The position numbers and the translations under genes were made by a program. A stretch of DNA of 38,051 nucleotides from a virus (taxonomy: Duplodnaviria > Caudoviricetes): the IMG/VR virus record IMGVR_UViG_3300016659_000052, positions 1 to 38,051 of that record; one strand, 5' to 3'. The first letter of the stretch is position 1; every line of letters starts with the position of its first letter. Below are positions 1 to 8,039 of the stretch, piece by piece. Below the pieces are notes generated by a model. It was not told the origin of the DNA, did no database searches, and saw only the letters and a list, made by a program, of their open reading frames with translations.

Positions 1-171
1 CATTTGATAGGCTTCGCTGTCGTTTTCGTAGCTGCCTACGGCACTTGCGACTTCAATGCCGTTGCCGCCCACAAGTAGCGTGTCATCGACCAAGTGCGTC
101 GCATAAGGCCCCTTCGTCGCGCCCGGCAGCGCCTCCACCGCCGCACGCAGCGCGGTTTTCAGGTCAATCAT
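1..171 (-). CDS. Partial early protein (Ead/Ea22-like N-terminus), runs off the left edge
   Basis: Not in ORF track; ATG at 171 overlaps the upstream TGA (ATGA); MIDLKTALRAAVEALPGATKGPY... is open to position 1. Confidence 0.6.
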   Translation of the reverse strand, partial: MIDLKTALRAAVEALPGATKGPYATHLVDDTLLVGGNGIEVASAVGSYENDSEAYQM

Positions 172-563
172 GGCGTCTCTCCGCGTGCTTTGGCGAGGGC
201 GGCGCGGGCAAGCGCCTGCGGGCTGCCCGGCTCATCCATGCTTGCGGGAAGAATGGCGGTCGCGCGGTGTAGCGCCTCCAGCGCCGCGTACAGGTCCGGC
301 GCCGCTGCGATCAGGTGGGCGTTGGCTTCGCGCGGCGGTTCGTTCTCGCCCATGTCGCGGTAAACGCACGCCACAGACCCTCCAAAGGTGTCAACGACAA
401 CACGATCATTGGGCTGTGATGTATGTGCCCGCACGCGCCACGGCCCCGGCGTAAACTTCGTCTCGCTCATCGTCACTGCCTCCAAGTGCCTCTCCGCAGC
501 GCGCATCGCGTTCGACGGGTCCAGGTGGTCGCCGCGCATGAAGCGCGTGGGGTCATCTTTCAT
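168..563 (-). CDS. Phage early protein of the TPGPW...ANAxLIAAAPDL family (alternative start at 470)
   Basis: Motifs FTPGPW and EANAHLIAAAPDLYAAL; GGAGG before both ATG 563 and ATG 470. Confidence 0.7.
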   Translation of the reverse strand: MKDDPTRFMRGDHLDPSNAMRAAERHLEAVTMSETKFTPGPWRVRAHTSQPNDRVVVDTFGGSVACVYRDMGENEPPREANAHLIAAAPDLYAALEALHRATAILPASMDEPGSPQALARAALAKARGETP

Positions 564-681
564 AGTCGCCTCCGAACACGCTGCCCGCAGCCACAAGCAC
601 CGTCAGCGCGGCGAGGATCAGCACCACGAGCGCCACGGCGCCGGCGACGATGTCTTGATGCGCGTCGAGCCAGAGGGTCAT
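553..681 (-). CDS. Small single-TM membrane protein (42 aa)
   Basis: Not in ORF track; MTLWLDAHQDIVAGAVALVVLILAALTVLVAAGSVFGGDYER; TGATG coupling to the upstream gene. Confidence 0.6.
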   Translation of the reverse strand: MTLWLDAHQDIVAGAVALVVLILAALTVLVAAGSVFGGDYER

Positions 682-980
682 CACACGTCCCCCGTCGCGT
701 GGAGGTAGAGGTCCACGATCATGTCGAGTTCCTCGCGCGTCGCGCGGTCCAGCTTGCGGATCGCAATGACCTTGCGCAGCGCCTTGGTGTCGAAGCCGGT
801 CGACTTCGCGTCGGCGTAAACTTCCTTGATGTCGGCGGCGACCCCGGCCTTCTCGGTTTCGAGCTTCTCGATCCGGGCGACGAGCTGCACCAGCCGTTCC
901 CGCGCCGACTGCGTCAGCGATGCGGGCTGCGTCGGGTCAGGGCGCAGGGAGTAGGGGTCGAAGGCTTCGTTCTGGCTCAT
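681..980 (-). CDS. gapR: GapR/DUF2312-family nucleoid-associated DNA-binding protein
   Basis: ERLVQLVARIEKLETEKAGVAADIKEVYADAKSTGFDTKALRKVIAIRK...LDMIVDLY matches the DUF2312 signature. Confidence 0.9.
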   Translation of the reverse strand: MSQNEAFDPYSLRPDPTQPASLTQSARERLVQLVARIEKLETEKAGVAADIKEVYADAKSTGFDTKALRKVIAIRKLDRATREELDMIVDLYLHATGDV

Positions 981-1300
981 GGCGTGCGCCTCCGTTCCGA
1001 CACGGTCGCGGTCTCGATTATGATGGCCCCGATCAGCGCGCCGAGGCGCTCGCGCATCTCGTCGGCGACCTGGCGCATGGCCTCGCTGGGCGAGTTCGCT
1101 TCCGCCGCCGCGCCAAGAAGAGCGTCGATGCGCTTAAGTTCGTCCCGCGCCGCGATGATCTTCAGGTCAAGGCGCTCGGTCTGGTCGGCAGCGTCGAGCA
1201 GCGCGTCATAGACCATCGACGCCAGCATATCGGCGTCCGTCGCGATCCCGTGGACCCGCGAGAGGATCGCGCGCATCGGCGCGACTTGGGCGAGGCTCAT
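977..1300 (-). CDS. Hypothetical phage protein
   Basis: ATGA overlaps on both sides; helical composition. Confidence 0.7.
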   Translation of the reverse strand: MSLAQVAPMRAILSRVHGIATDADMLASMVYDALLDAADQTERLDLKIIAARDELKRIDALLGAAAEANSPSEAMRQVADEMRERLGALIGAIIIETATVSERRRTP

Positions 1301-2241
1301 GGCAGCGCACCCTCGGTGCGGGCCTGCAGCGCGACGAGCTCGTCATAGACCTCGGGCGCGTGCGTCTCGATGGCGGCCCACTGGCCGCTGTCCACGACGC
1401 TCCGGTGCAGGCGCGCCGCGGCCTTCTTCGTCCGCTGCAGCGCCAGCATCTGGCGATAGAGGGCAGCCCATGTCGCGGCGGCTTCCGGCCCCGCGATCTC
1501 CGACCCGAGCGTCACCGTCGGGTCTAGGGCTGCCGGCGATGCGGCGCCCGCCGCACTCGGATCGGAGGAGACGCGCGACGGGTCATCAGCCCATGTCGCC
1601 GCATCGCCGGCATCTGGTTTGTGTTCGATCTGCGCCACCGGCGCCACGTCGGCGCGGACGGCCAGCGTCGCGCTCATGTCGCGCGCCACGTCGCGTTCTT
1701 CCTCGGCCATGCCGATCCCGCGCAGCACGTCCGCCGCGCCGTCGCGCAGGGCCCACGCCCGCGCGCGCATCTGCAACATGCGCTGGGGATATTGCTGCCA
1801 CGGCCCCGACTTGCCCCAGAGCCCGGAGCGCTTGGCGTCGGCGACGGAGAAGCGCCGTTCAATCTCTTCGCCTGTGTCCGCGCGGATGACGACGCACGAC
1901 GCCACCGCCGAGCCGTCATCGACGGAGCCCGATAGCCGCTCCTGCACCGTGAAGCCGCGCGCCCGGACCAGCGCCAGCATCCCGTCGCCCCAGAGCGTCG
2001 GGCGCCCGTTCACCACCGCGAACGATTGCAGCGCCTGAAACGGCGCCATGCCGATCTCCGCCCCGGCCATGATGACGACGAGGCACTTCTCGGGCGTGTT
2101 GATGTCCTTCGGCGTCAGGCCCGATGCGGCCAGCGCCGACGCCAGCCGGAACGCCTCCTCGAACGAGTGCGGCACGATGGGCGCAAGGCGTCCGCCCGCC
2201 TGGATCGGCGCGCGCGCCGGGACGTTGGTTCCGTCAGCCAT
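1297..2241 (-). CDS. recT: RecT-family single-strand annealing protein
   Basis: GAEIGMAPFQALQSFAVVNGRPTLWGD and WGKSGPWQQYPQRMLQMRARAWALRD motifs; adjacent to an exonuclease. Confidence 0.85.
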   Translation of the reverse strand: MADGTNVPARAPIQAGGRLAPIVPHSFEEAFRLASALAASGLTPKDINTPEKCLVVIMAGAEIGMAPFQALQSFAVVNGRPTLWGDGMLALVRARGFTVQERLSGSVDDGSAVASCVVIRADTGEEIERRFSVADAKRSGLWGKSGPWQQYPQRMLQMRARAWALRDGAADVLRGIGMAEEERDVARDMSATLAVRADVAPVAQIEHKPDAGDAATWADDPSRVSSDPSAAGAASPAALDPTVTLGSEIAGPEAAATWAALYRQMLALQRTKKAAARLHRSVVDSGQWAAIETHAPEVYDELVALQARTEGALP

Positions 2242-3133
2242 GGTCTAACTCCTGATCGCAAAGGGCCTCGGCCTCGGCGTCGAGCCAGCGGGGCCGGAGA
2301 AGGGGGAGCACGTCGTCGCCGTAGCCGGGCCAGCGGCCCGTCTCGATGCAGCGCGCCATGCGGTCGAGCGTGCGGCGGATGATGGCGCGCCCATAGTCAA
2401 GGTCGGCGGCCTCGATCGCGTAGAGCTGCGTCACGAAGGGCGCCGCCTTCTCGCAGACGATGAAGCTGTAGGCCGCGCGCCGCTCGCCCATCACGGCGGC
2501 GATGCCGTCGAGCGCGAGCGCCGCCTTGACGTGGTAGCCGAACTTGAAGGCGTCGCGGTTGAAGGCGTCGGGCGAGCCGTCCGCGTGGAACTTGAGGTCG
2601 TACACCGGGCGCGGCGCCGGGCTCGTCCAGTCGGGTCGGGCCTTGAGCCAGATCCCCGTCGCGGCGTCCTTCCAGATGTAGGACAACTCGCCCTCGCCAT
2701 CCTTGAAGGCGGCGCGCACGAGCGGGCTTGCGAGCAACGCTGCGGCCATCTGCGAGACGGTCTCCGCCTCGGCGGCGGTGAGCACGCTGCGGCCCGCGAG
2801 TTCCTGGGCCGCGCACCAGTCGCGCGCCTCCTTCGTGCGCCGGTCGGGGAAGGGTAGGACCGCGAAGCTCGCGTCGAAGCTGCCGTCGTTCAGCGCGAAC
2901 AAATGCGCGGCGCGGCCGATCACGAAGGCTGCGCTATCCTTGGTCTCGCGGTCGGGGTTGCCGGACCACGACGCAAAGCAATGCGCGGGGCTCCGGTGGT
3001 GAAACTCCCAGATCGTGGAGCCGGACACGCTGGGGCCGTCGCAGCATTGCGCGTGGTAGCGGTCCATGGCGATCCGGTAGCGACCGGGCGCGGCGATGAG
3101 CGGCGCGGCGGGTTCGGCCTCAAGCGCAACCAT
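2234..3133 (-). CDS. PD-(D/E)XK exonuclease, RecE/ExoVIII (DUF3799)-like
   Basis: YHA...SGS, SPAH, GRAAH, ELSYIWKD..TGIWLKARPD, YDLK, FIVCEKAAPF, C..TGRWPGY; start at ATG 3133. Confidence 0.85.
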   Translation of the reverse strand: MVALEAEPAAPLIAAPGRYRIAMDRYHAQCCDGPSVSGSTIWEFHHRSPAHCFASWSGNPDRETKDSAAFVIGRAAHLFALNDGSFDASFAVLPFPDRRTKEARDWCAAQELAGRSVLTAAEAETVSQMAAALLASPLVRAAFKDGEGELSYIWKDAATGIWLKARPDWTSPAPRPVYDLKFHADGSPDAFNRDAFKFGYHVKAALALDGIAAVMGERRAAYSFIVCEKAAPFVTQLYAIEAADLDYGRAIIRRTLDRMARCIETGRWPGYGDDVLPLLRPRWLDAEAEALCDQELDHG

Positions 3134-3321
3134 CACGCCTTCCCCTTCTTGATCCGCCGCATCCGGCGGGCGATGGCGGCGACGCTCTCGCGCCGGTCGG
3201 TGAGCGCGTCGGCGAGGTCGGCGGCTTCCGTGTCGTCGATCCGGCGCATGGCGCGCTGGGCGATGGCGATCAGGCGGCCGGCTTCTTCGAGCGCGACCTG
3301 TGCGTTGCGGGCGGCGTTCAC
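3133..3321 (-). CDS. Hypothetical protein
   Basis: Coupled ORF within the leftward operon. Confidence 0.6.
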   Translation of the reverse strand: MNAARNAQVALEEAGRLIAIAQRAMRRIDDTEAADLADALTDRRESVAAIARRMRRIKKGKA

Positions 3322-3512
3322 GGCGTGGCCTCGCTCGCAAAGATCGCGGCCATCTCGTCGGCGAACACGTCGGCGGTCGCCTCGTCCTCGTCGCGCAGCG
3401 CGGCGTCGAGCTCGCGCGCGAACCGGCGCACCTCGCTTTCGGTGAAGCCCGCAAGCACGCCGGCAAGGTCGGTGGCGTCGATGATGTGCGGCAGGGGAAT
3501 CGTGATCGGCAT
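3318..3512 (-). CDS. Hypothetical acidic protein
   Basis: Coupled ORF; Asp/Glu-rich. Confidence 0.65.
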   Translation of the reverse strand: MPITIPLPHIIDATDLAGVLAGFTESEVRRFARELDAALRDEDEATADVFADEMAAIFASEATP

Positions 3513-3724
3513 CAGCGTGCGGCTCCTTGCTGGCGGCTCATGCGCGCGGCGTCGCGCAAAGCGTTGCGGGTCTGGATCGCGTGCTCGACCAGATCGTCGC
3601 CGAGCGTCTGTGCGCGGGCGAGGTCGACGGTCTGGCCGGCCTCGATGCGGGTGAGTTCGTCGCGAACCTGGCGCCCGGCGTCGCCGAGGCGCGCGAGCGA
3701 GAGGCGGGCGGGGTGGAGGTTCAT
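3512..3724 (-). CDS. Hypothetical protein
   Basis: Coupled ORF (TGATG), GGAG upstream. Confidence 0.65.
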   Translation of the reverse strand: MNLHPARLSLARLGDAGRQVRDELTRIEAGQTVDLARAQTLGDDLVEHAIQTRNALRDAARMSRQQGAAR

Positions 3725-4044
3725 CAGCGCTGCTCCTCCAGTTCGATTGCGGCGCGTTCCGCGCAGTCGGCGGCGATGGCGAGGGCGAAGGCGCTGACGC
3801 CGTCGCGCTTCATCGCAGCGAGCGCGGCTTCGTCGCCCGCGTCGGCGGCCTCGAAGCGGGCGTTCAGGTTCCGCGCGAAGAGGCGCAGGTGGGCGATCTT
3901 CTCGGCCGTGGTCATCGTCGCCATGCGCCGGATCGACACCTGCAGCGCCGCCTTGAGCGCCTCCGGCCAGTCGGCCGCGTCGGCGATCAGCAGCGCCACC
4001 GGCTCATGTGGCCGCGTGATCGCGATGGCTTCTTCGAGTGTCAT
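3724..4044 (-). CDS. Hypothetical protein, first gene of the leftward early operon
   Basis: GGAGGG RBS before ATG 4044 (MTLEEAIA...); lies downstream of PL. Confidence 0.7.
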   Translation of the reverse strand: MTLEEAIAITRPHEPVALLIADAADWPEALKAALQVSIRRMATMTTAEKIAHLRLFARNLNARFEAADAGDEAALAAMKRDGVSAFALAIAADCAERAAIELEEQR

Positions 4045-4089
4045 GGTGCTTGCCCTCCAGCCGGCGCGGTGAGTCGCGTCGTTAAGAGG

Positions 4090-4142
4090 ACGTTCGGATA
4101 TTCCGAACAAAGCGTCAAGCGCAAAGTTCGGAGATGGCGAAC
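4090..4142 (-). promoter_or_regulatory. PL promoter with operators OL1 (4092-4108) and OL2 (4126-4142)
   Basis: Minus-strand TTGACG (4118-4113)-N17-GAACGT; palindromes GTTCGGATATTCCGAAC and GTTCGGAGATGGCGAAC. Confidence 0.8.
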
Positions 4143-4145
4143 TAT

Positions 4146-4180
4146 TTGAACGTCTGGCGGCGGGCGTATAGGGTTCTCGC
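4146..4180 (+). promoter_or_regulatory. Promoter for a leaderless SNase transcript
   Basis: TTGAAC-N17-TAGGGT-N6-GTG(4181). Confidence 0.55.
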
Positions 4181-4555
4181 GTGCGCGCCGCCGTTTCTCA
4201 TGCCCTGATGTTGGCGCTTGTTGTGGCGCTGGTCGCGCCGCGCGTCATCGACGGCGACACGCTTGAGGCGGGCGGCGTGCGCTACCGGGTGCTTGATGTG
4301 GACGCGCCCGAGATCCACGGCGCCAAATGCGTGGACGAGCGCGCGGCGGGGCTTGCGGCCAAACGGGCCGTCGAACGGTGGGTTGCGCGCGCGGGATCGA
4401 TCACGGCGGAAGGATCGCGCCTTGATCGCTATGGCCGCACGCTGGCGCGCGTGCGCATCGACGGCGAAGATCTCGGCGAACGGCTCGTGCGCGAGGGTCT
4501 GGCGCGGCGATGGAAGCCGCCGGCGCCGAGGCCGCAATGGTGCGCGCGGACCTAG
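4181..4555 (+). CDS. Exported or membrane-anchored staphylococcal-nuclease (thermonuclease)-like protein
   Basis: Hydrophobic N-terminus then VIDGDTL, RVLDVDAPE, DRYGRTLA, LVREGLA. Confidence 0.9.
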   Translation: MRAAVSHALMLALVVALVAPRVIDGDTLEAGGVRYRVLDVDAPEIHGAKCVDERAAGLAAKRAVERWVARAGSITAEGSRLDRYGRTLARVRIDGEDLGERLVREGLARRWKPPAPRPQWCART

Positions 4556-4558
4556 GCG

Positions 4559-4909
4559 TTATTGCCCAACGCCCAAGGCGAGGCAGGCGGCCGCGGCGTT
4601 GATGATCGGTTCGCGCGGCTGCATCGCCGGCGCCGCCTTCGAGATGCATTGTTCGAGCTGGTCGCCGCGGCGGAACCATCCCGCCTCGGTCTCCGATGGG
4701 AACTTCGTTGCGAGCGCGCGGATCACCCATTGCGTAGCCTGCAAGCGGCGATAGCTGCGTGCGGCGCGCTGCCAGGTTTGCACGTCCGCGTTGGCGAGGT
4801 GTCGCCAGCCCGCCTGCGCCGAAGCCTCGGCGATCAACGCCGGGCGCTCCAGATCGGCCGATACGAGCGCCGCCGCCAACGCAATTCCCGCCACCATCGC
4901 GCGTCCCAT
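4559..4909 (-). CDS. Exported hypothetical protein downstream of cI
   Basis: GGAGG RBS; signal-peptide-like N-terminus; two Cys residues. Confidence 0.7.
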   Translation of the reverse strand: MGRAMVAGIALAAALVSADLERPALIAEASAQAGWRHLANADVQTWQRAARSYRRLQATQWVIRALATKFPSETEAGWFRRGDQLEQCISKAAPAMQPREPIINAAAACLALGVGQ

Positions 4910-4921
4910 GTGGTCCTCCGT

Positions 4922-5302
4922 CTAGCCCTGCTTGCGTTGTCGCCGCTCGCCCGGCGGTTGCTCCTGTTTCGCCTTGGCCGGCGCTAAGGGAGGCGGCGGG
5001 GCCATGGCTTCGATCACCTTCTGCACCCGCGGCAAGTCCGGCTCCGGGATGCGGCGCAGCGTCTCGAAGATGCCGCACGACGGATCGTGCGCGGGGTCGC
5101 GCATCAGCAAGTCGCCAGGTTCGCACTCCAGCGCGTCGGCCAGCATCTCCAGTACGTCCTGGTTATAGCGTTCGCGGCCGGTCTCAAGCTCGCTGATCCT
5201 GCTCTTGGTCGTGCCGATGCGTTCGGCAAGGCGTTCCTGCGACAGGCCCCGGTGCTTACGCCACTGGCGCAGGAACCACTTCTGGCGGGTTCGGATAGGC
5301 AT
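4922..5302 (-). CDS. cI: XRE-family HTH repressor (CI-like, no S24 peptidase domain)
   Basis: LRQWRKHRGLSQERLAERIGTTKSRISELETG; divergent from the cro-like gene. Confidence 0.85.
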   Translation of the reverse strand: MPIRTRQKWFLRQWRKHRGLSQERLAERIGTTKSRISELETGRERYNQDVLEMLADALECEPGDLLMRDPAHDPSCGIFETLRRIPEPDLPRVQKVIEAMAPPPPLAPAKAKQEQPPGERRQRKQG

Positions 5303-5308
5303 TTGCTC

Positions 5309-5389
5309 ATGTTCGGCCCAACCGAACCCCCTGTCGTTCCAGAAACCCCGAACAATACAGTTGACCGAAAGTTCGGAACTTGCGAACCT
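5309..5389. promoter_or_regulatory. OR region: OR3 5311-5327, OR2 5337-5353, OR1 5371-5387; PR (TTGACC 5361-N17-GAACCT) and a PRM-like promoter
   Basis: GTTCGGCCCAACCGAAC, degenerate TTCCAGAAACCCCGAAC and GTTCGGAACTTGCGAAC share the OL consensus. Confidence 0.8.
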
Positions 5390-5397
5390 CCGGCGCG

Positions 5398-5637
5398 ATG
5401 AGTCACGAGACCGCCGCCGACCCCCGTGCGTCCGCCCTTCGCCGCTGGCGAACGGAGCAGGGCCTCACCCTTGAGGCGCTGGGGGCCTTGCTTGGCCTGT
5501 CCAAGAGCCGCCTTTCCGAAATCGAGACCGGCTCCGGCTGCTCCCTTGATACAGCACTGGAGATTGAAGCCCTGACCAAAGGCGCCGTGCGGTGCGTTGA
5601 TCTGCGTGCGGCGCGAGATCCCGAGCCCGCCGCATGA
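5398..5637 (+). CDS. cro: Cro-like HTH protein
   Basis: LRRWRTEQGLTLEALGALLGLSKSRLSEIETG...ALEIEALTKGAV..DL. Confidence 0.85.
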   Translation: MSHETAADPRASALRRWRTEQGLTLEALGALLGLSKSRLSEIETGSGCSLDTALEIEALTKGAVRCVDLRAARDPEPAA

Positions 5638-5873
5638 AGGACCCCGAGGCCCGCCGCTACACGCGCCCGAGCGTGCAGACGCAGGTGCTCGCCGCCCTGC
5701 GCGGCGGCCCGGCCTCGGAACGCACGCTCGCGACCCTCACCGGCGCCGATCTGGTCGCGGTGGCGAACTGCCTGCGGGGCCTCAAGAAGCATGGAATCGT
5801 TCGCCGCCTCGGGCCAACCCGGCAGCGGGGCGGGCTCTTCGTCCTGGCCGAGTTGATGGCCGACACCTCGTAA
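5634..5873 (+). CDS. Winged-helix DNA-binding protein
   Basis: VLAALRGGPASERTLATLTG...VANCLRGLKKHGIVRR. Confidence 0.65.
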   Translation: MKDPEARRYTRPSVQTQVLAALRGGPASERTLATLTGADLVAVANCLRGLKKHGIVRRLGPTRQRGGLFVLAELMADTS

Positions 5874-5937
5874 CGCGCCGGGCGCGGCGGGGTTCCTCAA
5901 GGGCAGACCGGATCAACCGGTTTCAAGGGCTGATCAC

Positions 5938-6153
5938 ATGGGCTTGACGTTCAACCGCGGCGAGGAAGCCGCGCTTCTGGCTTTGCGCGACGGGCGCGAG
6001 GTTCCGGCGTTCGCGCGCGAGCACCTGCCGGCGCTGACCCGGCAGGGTCTGGCGACCGTCGCCGAGGATGGCGACATGGGCCGGGTCGTGCTGACCTCCA
6101 AAGGGTTCGAGGCCGCGAACGGCGTCGCCCGCACCGTGGCGGGGCTCGGCTGA
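5938..6153 (+). CDS. Hypothetical protein (possible winged helix)
   Basis: LTRQGLA...VVLTSKG pattern; coupled to the next gene. Confidence 0.6.
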   Translation: MGLTFNRGEEAALLALRDGREVPAFAREHLPALTRQGLATVAEDGDMGRVVLTSKGFEAANGVARTVAGLG

Positions 6154-6335
6154 TGCGGCGCTTCCTCTCCACCGCCCAGCGCCGCGACCTCACCGCCGCC
6201 TATGTGGCGGGCGAGAAGATCGAAGCCATTGCCGAGCGATTCGGGATCGAGCGCACCAGCGTGATGCGCATCGCCGTCCAGAACGGCGCCGAAAGGCGCC
6301 CGGCGCGGCGCGTGGCGAAGGCGCCGCAGCCATGA
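6153..6335 (+). CDS. Small HTH protein
   Basis: YVAGEKIEAIAERFGIERTSVMRIA. Confidence 0.7.
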   Translation: MRRFLSTAQRRDLTAAYVAGEKIEAIAERFGIERTSVMRIAVQNGAERRPARRVAKAPQP

Positions 6336-6724
6336 ACCAGGCCGAATACGATTTCTTGCGCGAACGCGCGGCCCGCGCCGCCGGGCTCGTCGCGTGGGTC
6401 TTCCACATGGAGCCCGCGACGCTGTTCCGCGTGACCCGCGGCGACGCCGAGGAGGCGTTCGCCCGCCATGTGGCCATGTACCTCGTGCAGGTGGTCTGGC
6501 CTGAGGAAACGTACGACACCATCGGGCAGGCGTTCCTGGGCCGCCACCGCTCCAGCGTCGAGCACGCCATCGCGTGGGTTTCCGAGACCTGCGAGGCGAG
6601 CCCGGAATTCGATGCGCAGATGGAGTGGCTCGCCGACCTCCTGCGCCGGGGCCACGAACTCGGACACGCCTACCTCACCCGCCTGATGCACTGCCGGGAA
6701 GCCGTCGACGGGGTGGGGGCATGA
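6332..6724 (+). CDS. DnaA C-terminal (domain IV) HTH-like protein
   Basis: ARHVAMYL...YDTIGQAFLGRHRSSVEHA resembles the DnaA motif RQIAMYL...IG..FGGRDHTTVLHA. Confidence 0.75.
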   Translation: MNQAEYDFLRERAARAAGLVAWVFHMEPATLFRVTRGDAEEAFARHVAMYLVQVVWPEETYDTIGQAFLGRHRSSVEHAIAWVSETCEASPEFDAQMEWLADLLRRGHELGHAYLTRLMHCREAVDGVGA

Positions 6725-7035
6725 CCTACCACGCCATTGACCGCATCAAGCAGCGCTACGGCGTCGCCGTGTCGATGGGCGAGATCCGCGCGCTGGTCGC
6801 CGCGATCCGCCGCAACGAGGCCCGCTATCTGGGCCCCGCCCGCGACGGCGCGGAACGCTGGCTCGTGCATTTCGAGCGGATCAATTTCGACGTGCCGGTC
6901 GTGTTCGATCCGCGCTCCGGCCAGATCGTGACGGTACTGTGCCCGCTGACGTTCCAGGCCCTGCCGACCGCGCAGGAGGTGCGCGACGCGGCGTTCGCCT
7001 ACCGGCGCCGGGGTGGAAAGGGGCGCGGGCGATGA
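6721..7035 (+). CDS. Hypothetical protein, DUF4258/RelE-like (BECR) pattern
   Basis: TYHAIDRIKQRYG N-terminus and VVFD...IVTV C-terminal strands; ATGA-coupled. Confidence 0.55.
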   Translation: MTYHAIDRIKQRYGVAVSMGEIRALVAAIRRNEARYLGPARDGAERWLVHFERINFDVPVVFDPRSGQIVTVLCPLTFQALPTAQEVRDAAFAYRRRGGKGRGR

Positions 7036-8039
7036 GCCGAAACCCGTACTTCAAATTCTTCGGGGCCAATTTCCGCGATGGCGTGAAGGGCATGAAGCCC
7101 GATGAGATCGGCGTCTACATCGTCGCGCTGACGCTGATCTATGACAACGACGGGTCGCTTCCCGATGACGAGGCGATGATTGCCGCGCGGTCCGGGTTTG
7201 ACGTCCGCACATGGCGCCGGGTGCGCCAGCGCCTGCTTGATCTCGGCAAGCTGCACCTGGACGACGGCGTCCTTTTCAACCGGCGCGCCGACAGGCAGAT
7301 CGCCGAAAGATCGGGGGTGTCCGCCGTTCGTTCAGAGGCCGGAGCGGCGGGCGGAAAGGCGTCCGGCGAGGCCCGTCGCGCGACCATCGCCGCGACTTCG
7401 GCCGAAGATCGCCGGGACTTCTGCGAGACTTCTCCCGAAGATCGGCGAGAAGTCTCGGAGATCGTCACCGCCAAGCCATTGAAAAACAACGATTGTGGCG
7501 AAGCAAACGCACACAAGCCAGAAGCCATAGTCCATAGCCAGACTACTGCTGCTGCTAGCGCGCGCGATGCGCGCGACCCCCACGATCCCCGGTTCCTGAT
7601 TGAGCGGTGCCTGGCTGTCGCCGGACCGGGGCTGTCGAAGAACCGCGACGCACTCGCCGCCACCGCCGACCGGATCGTCGCCGCGCTGCGCGCCGGCTGC
7701 GACCTCGACGCGGACATCCTGCCTGTCATCGCCCGGCGAACGGCCCGCGCCCGCGCCAGTCCGATCGCCTCGTTCGCCTATTTCGAAGCCGCGTGGGCGG
7801 AAGCCCGCGCAACCCGTGAGACCGCCGATGCCGAACCTCGTCCCGACCATCCCGTCCCTGCCGGCCAAGCTGACCGCGGCGGCGCTCCGCGCGTCCGGCG
7901 TAACGCCGTTCGAGATCGACCTCGCGCTGGAGGACTCGTTGGCGCAGCGCTTCGGCGTCAGGCTCGTCGAGAAAGGGCTGCGGCAGACGGGGGAGCCGGC
8001 GATGCGGGTGGTCCGCCTGAAATCATCTTCGACGCATGA
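7032..8039 (+). CDS. Replication initiator, DUF1376/YdaU family
   Basis: PYFKFFGANF...EIGVYI.AL..IYD..GSLPDDEAMIAA...W...R..L; contains internal iteron-like repeats. Confidence 0.8.
   Translation: MSRNPYFKFFGANFRDGVKGMKPDEIGVYIVALTLIYDNDGSLPDDEAMIAARSGFDVRTWRRVRQRLLDLGKLHLDDGVLFNRRADRQIAERSGVSAVRSEAGAAGGKASGEARRATIAATSAEDRRDFCETSPEDRREVSEIVTAKPLKNNDCGEANAHKPEAIVHSQTTAAASARDARDPHDPRFLIERCLAVAGPGLSKNRDALAATADRIVAALRAGCDLDADILPVIARRTARARASPIASFAYFEAAWAEARATRETADAEPRPDHPVPAGQADRGGAPRVRRNAVRDRPRAGGLVGAALRRQARRERAAADGGAGDAGGPPEIIFDA
7391..7496 (+). repeat. Probable replication origin: ~11-bp iteron units followed by an AT-rich tract
   Basis: CGCGACTTCGG CCGAAGATCGC CGGGACTTCTG CGAGACTTCTC CCGAAGATCGG CGAGAAGTCTC, then ATTGAAAAACAACGATTGT. 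Confidence 0.65.
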
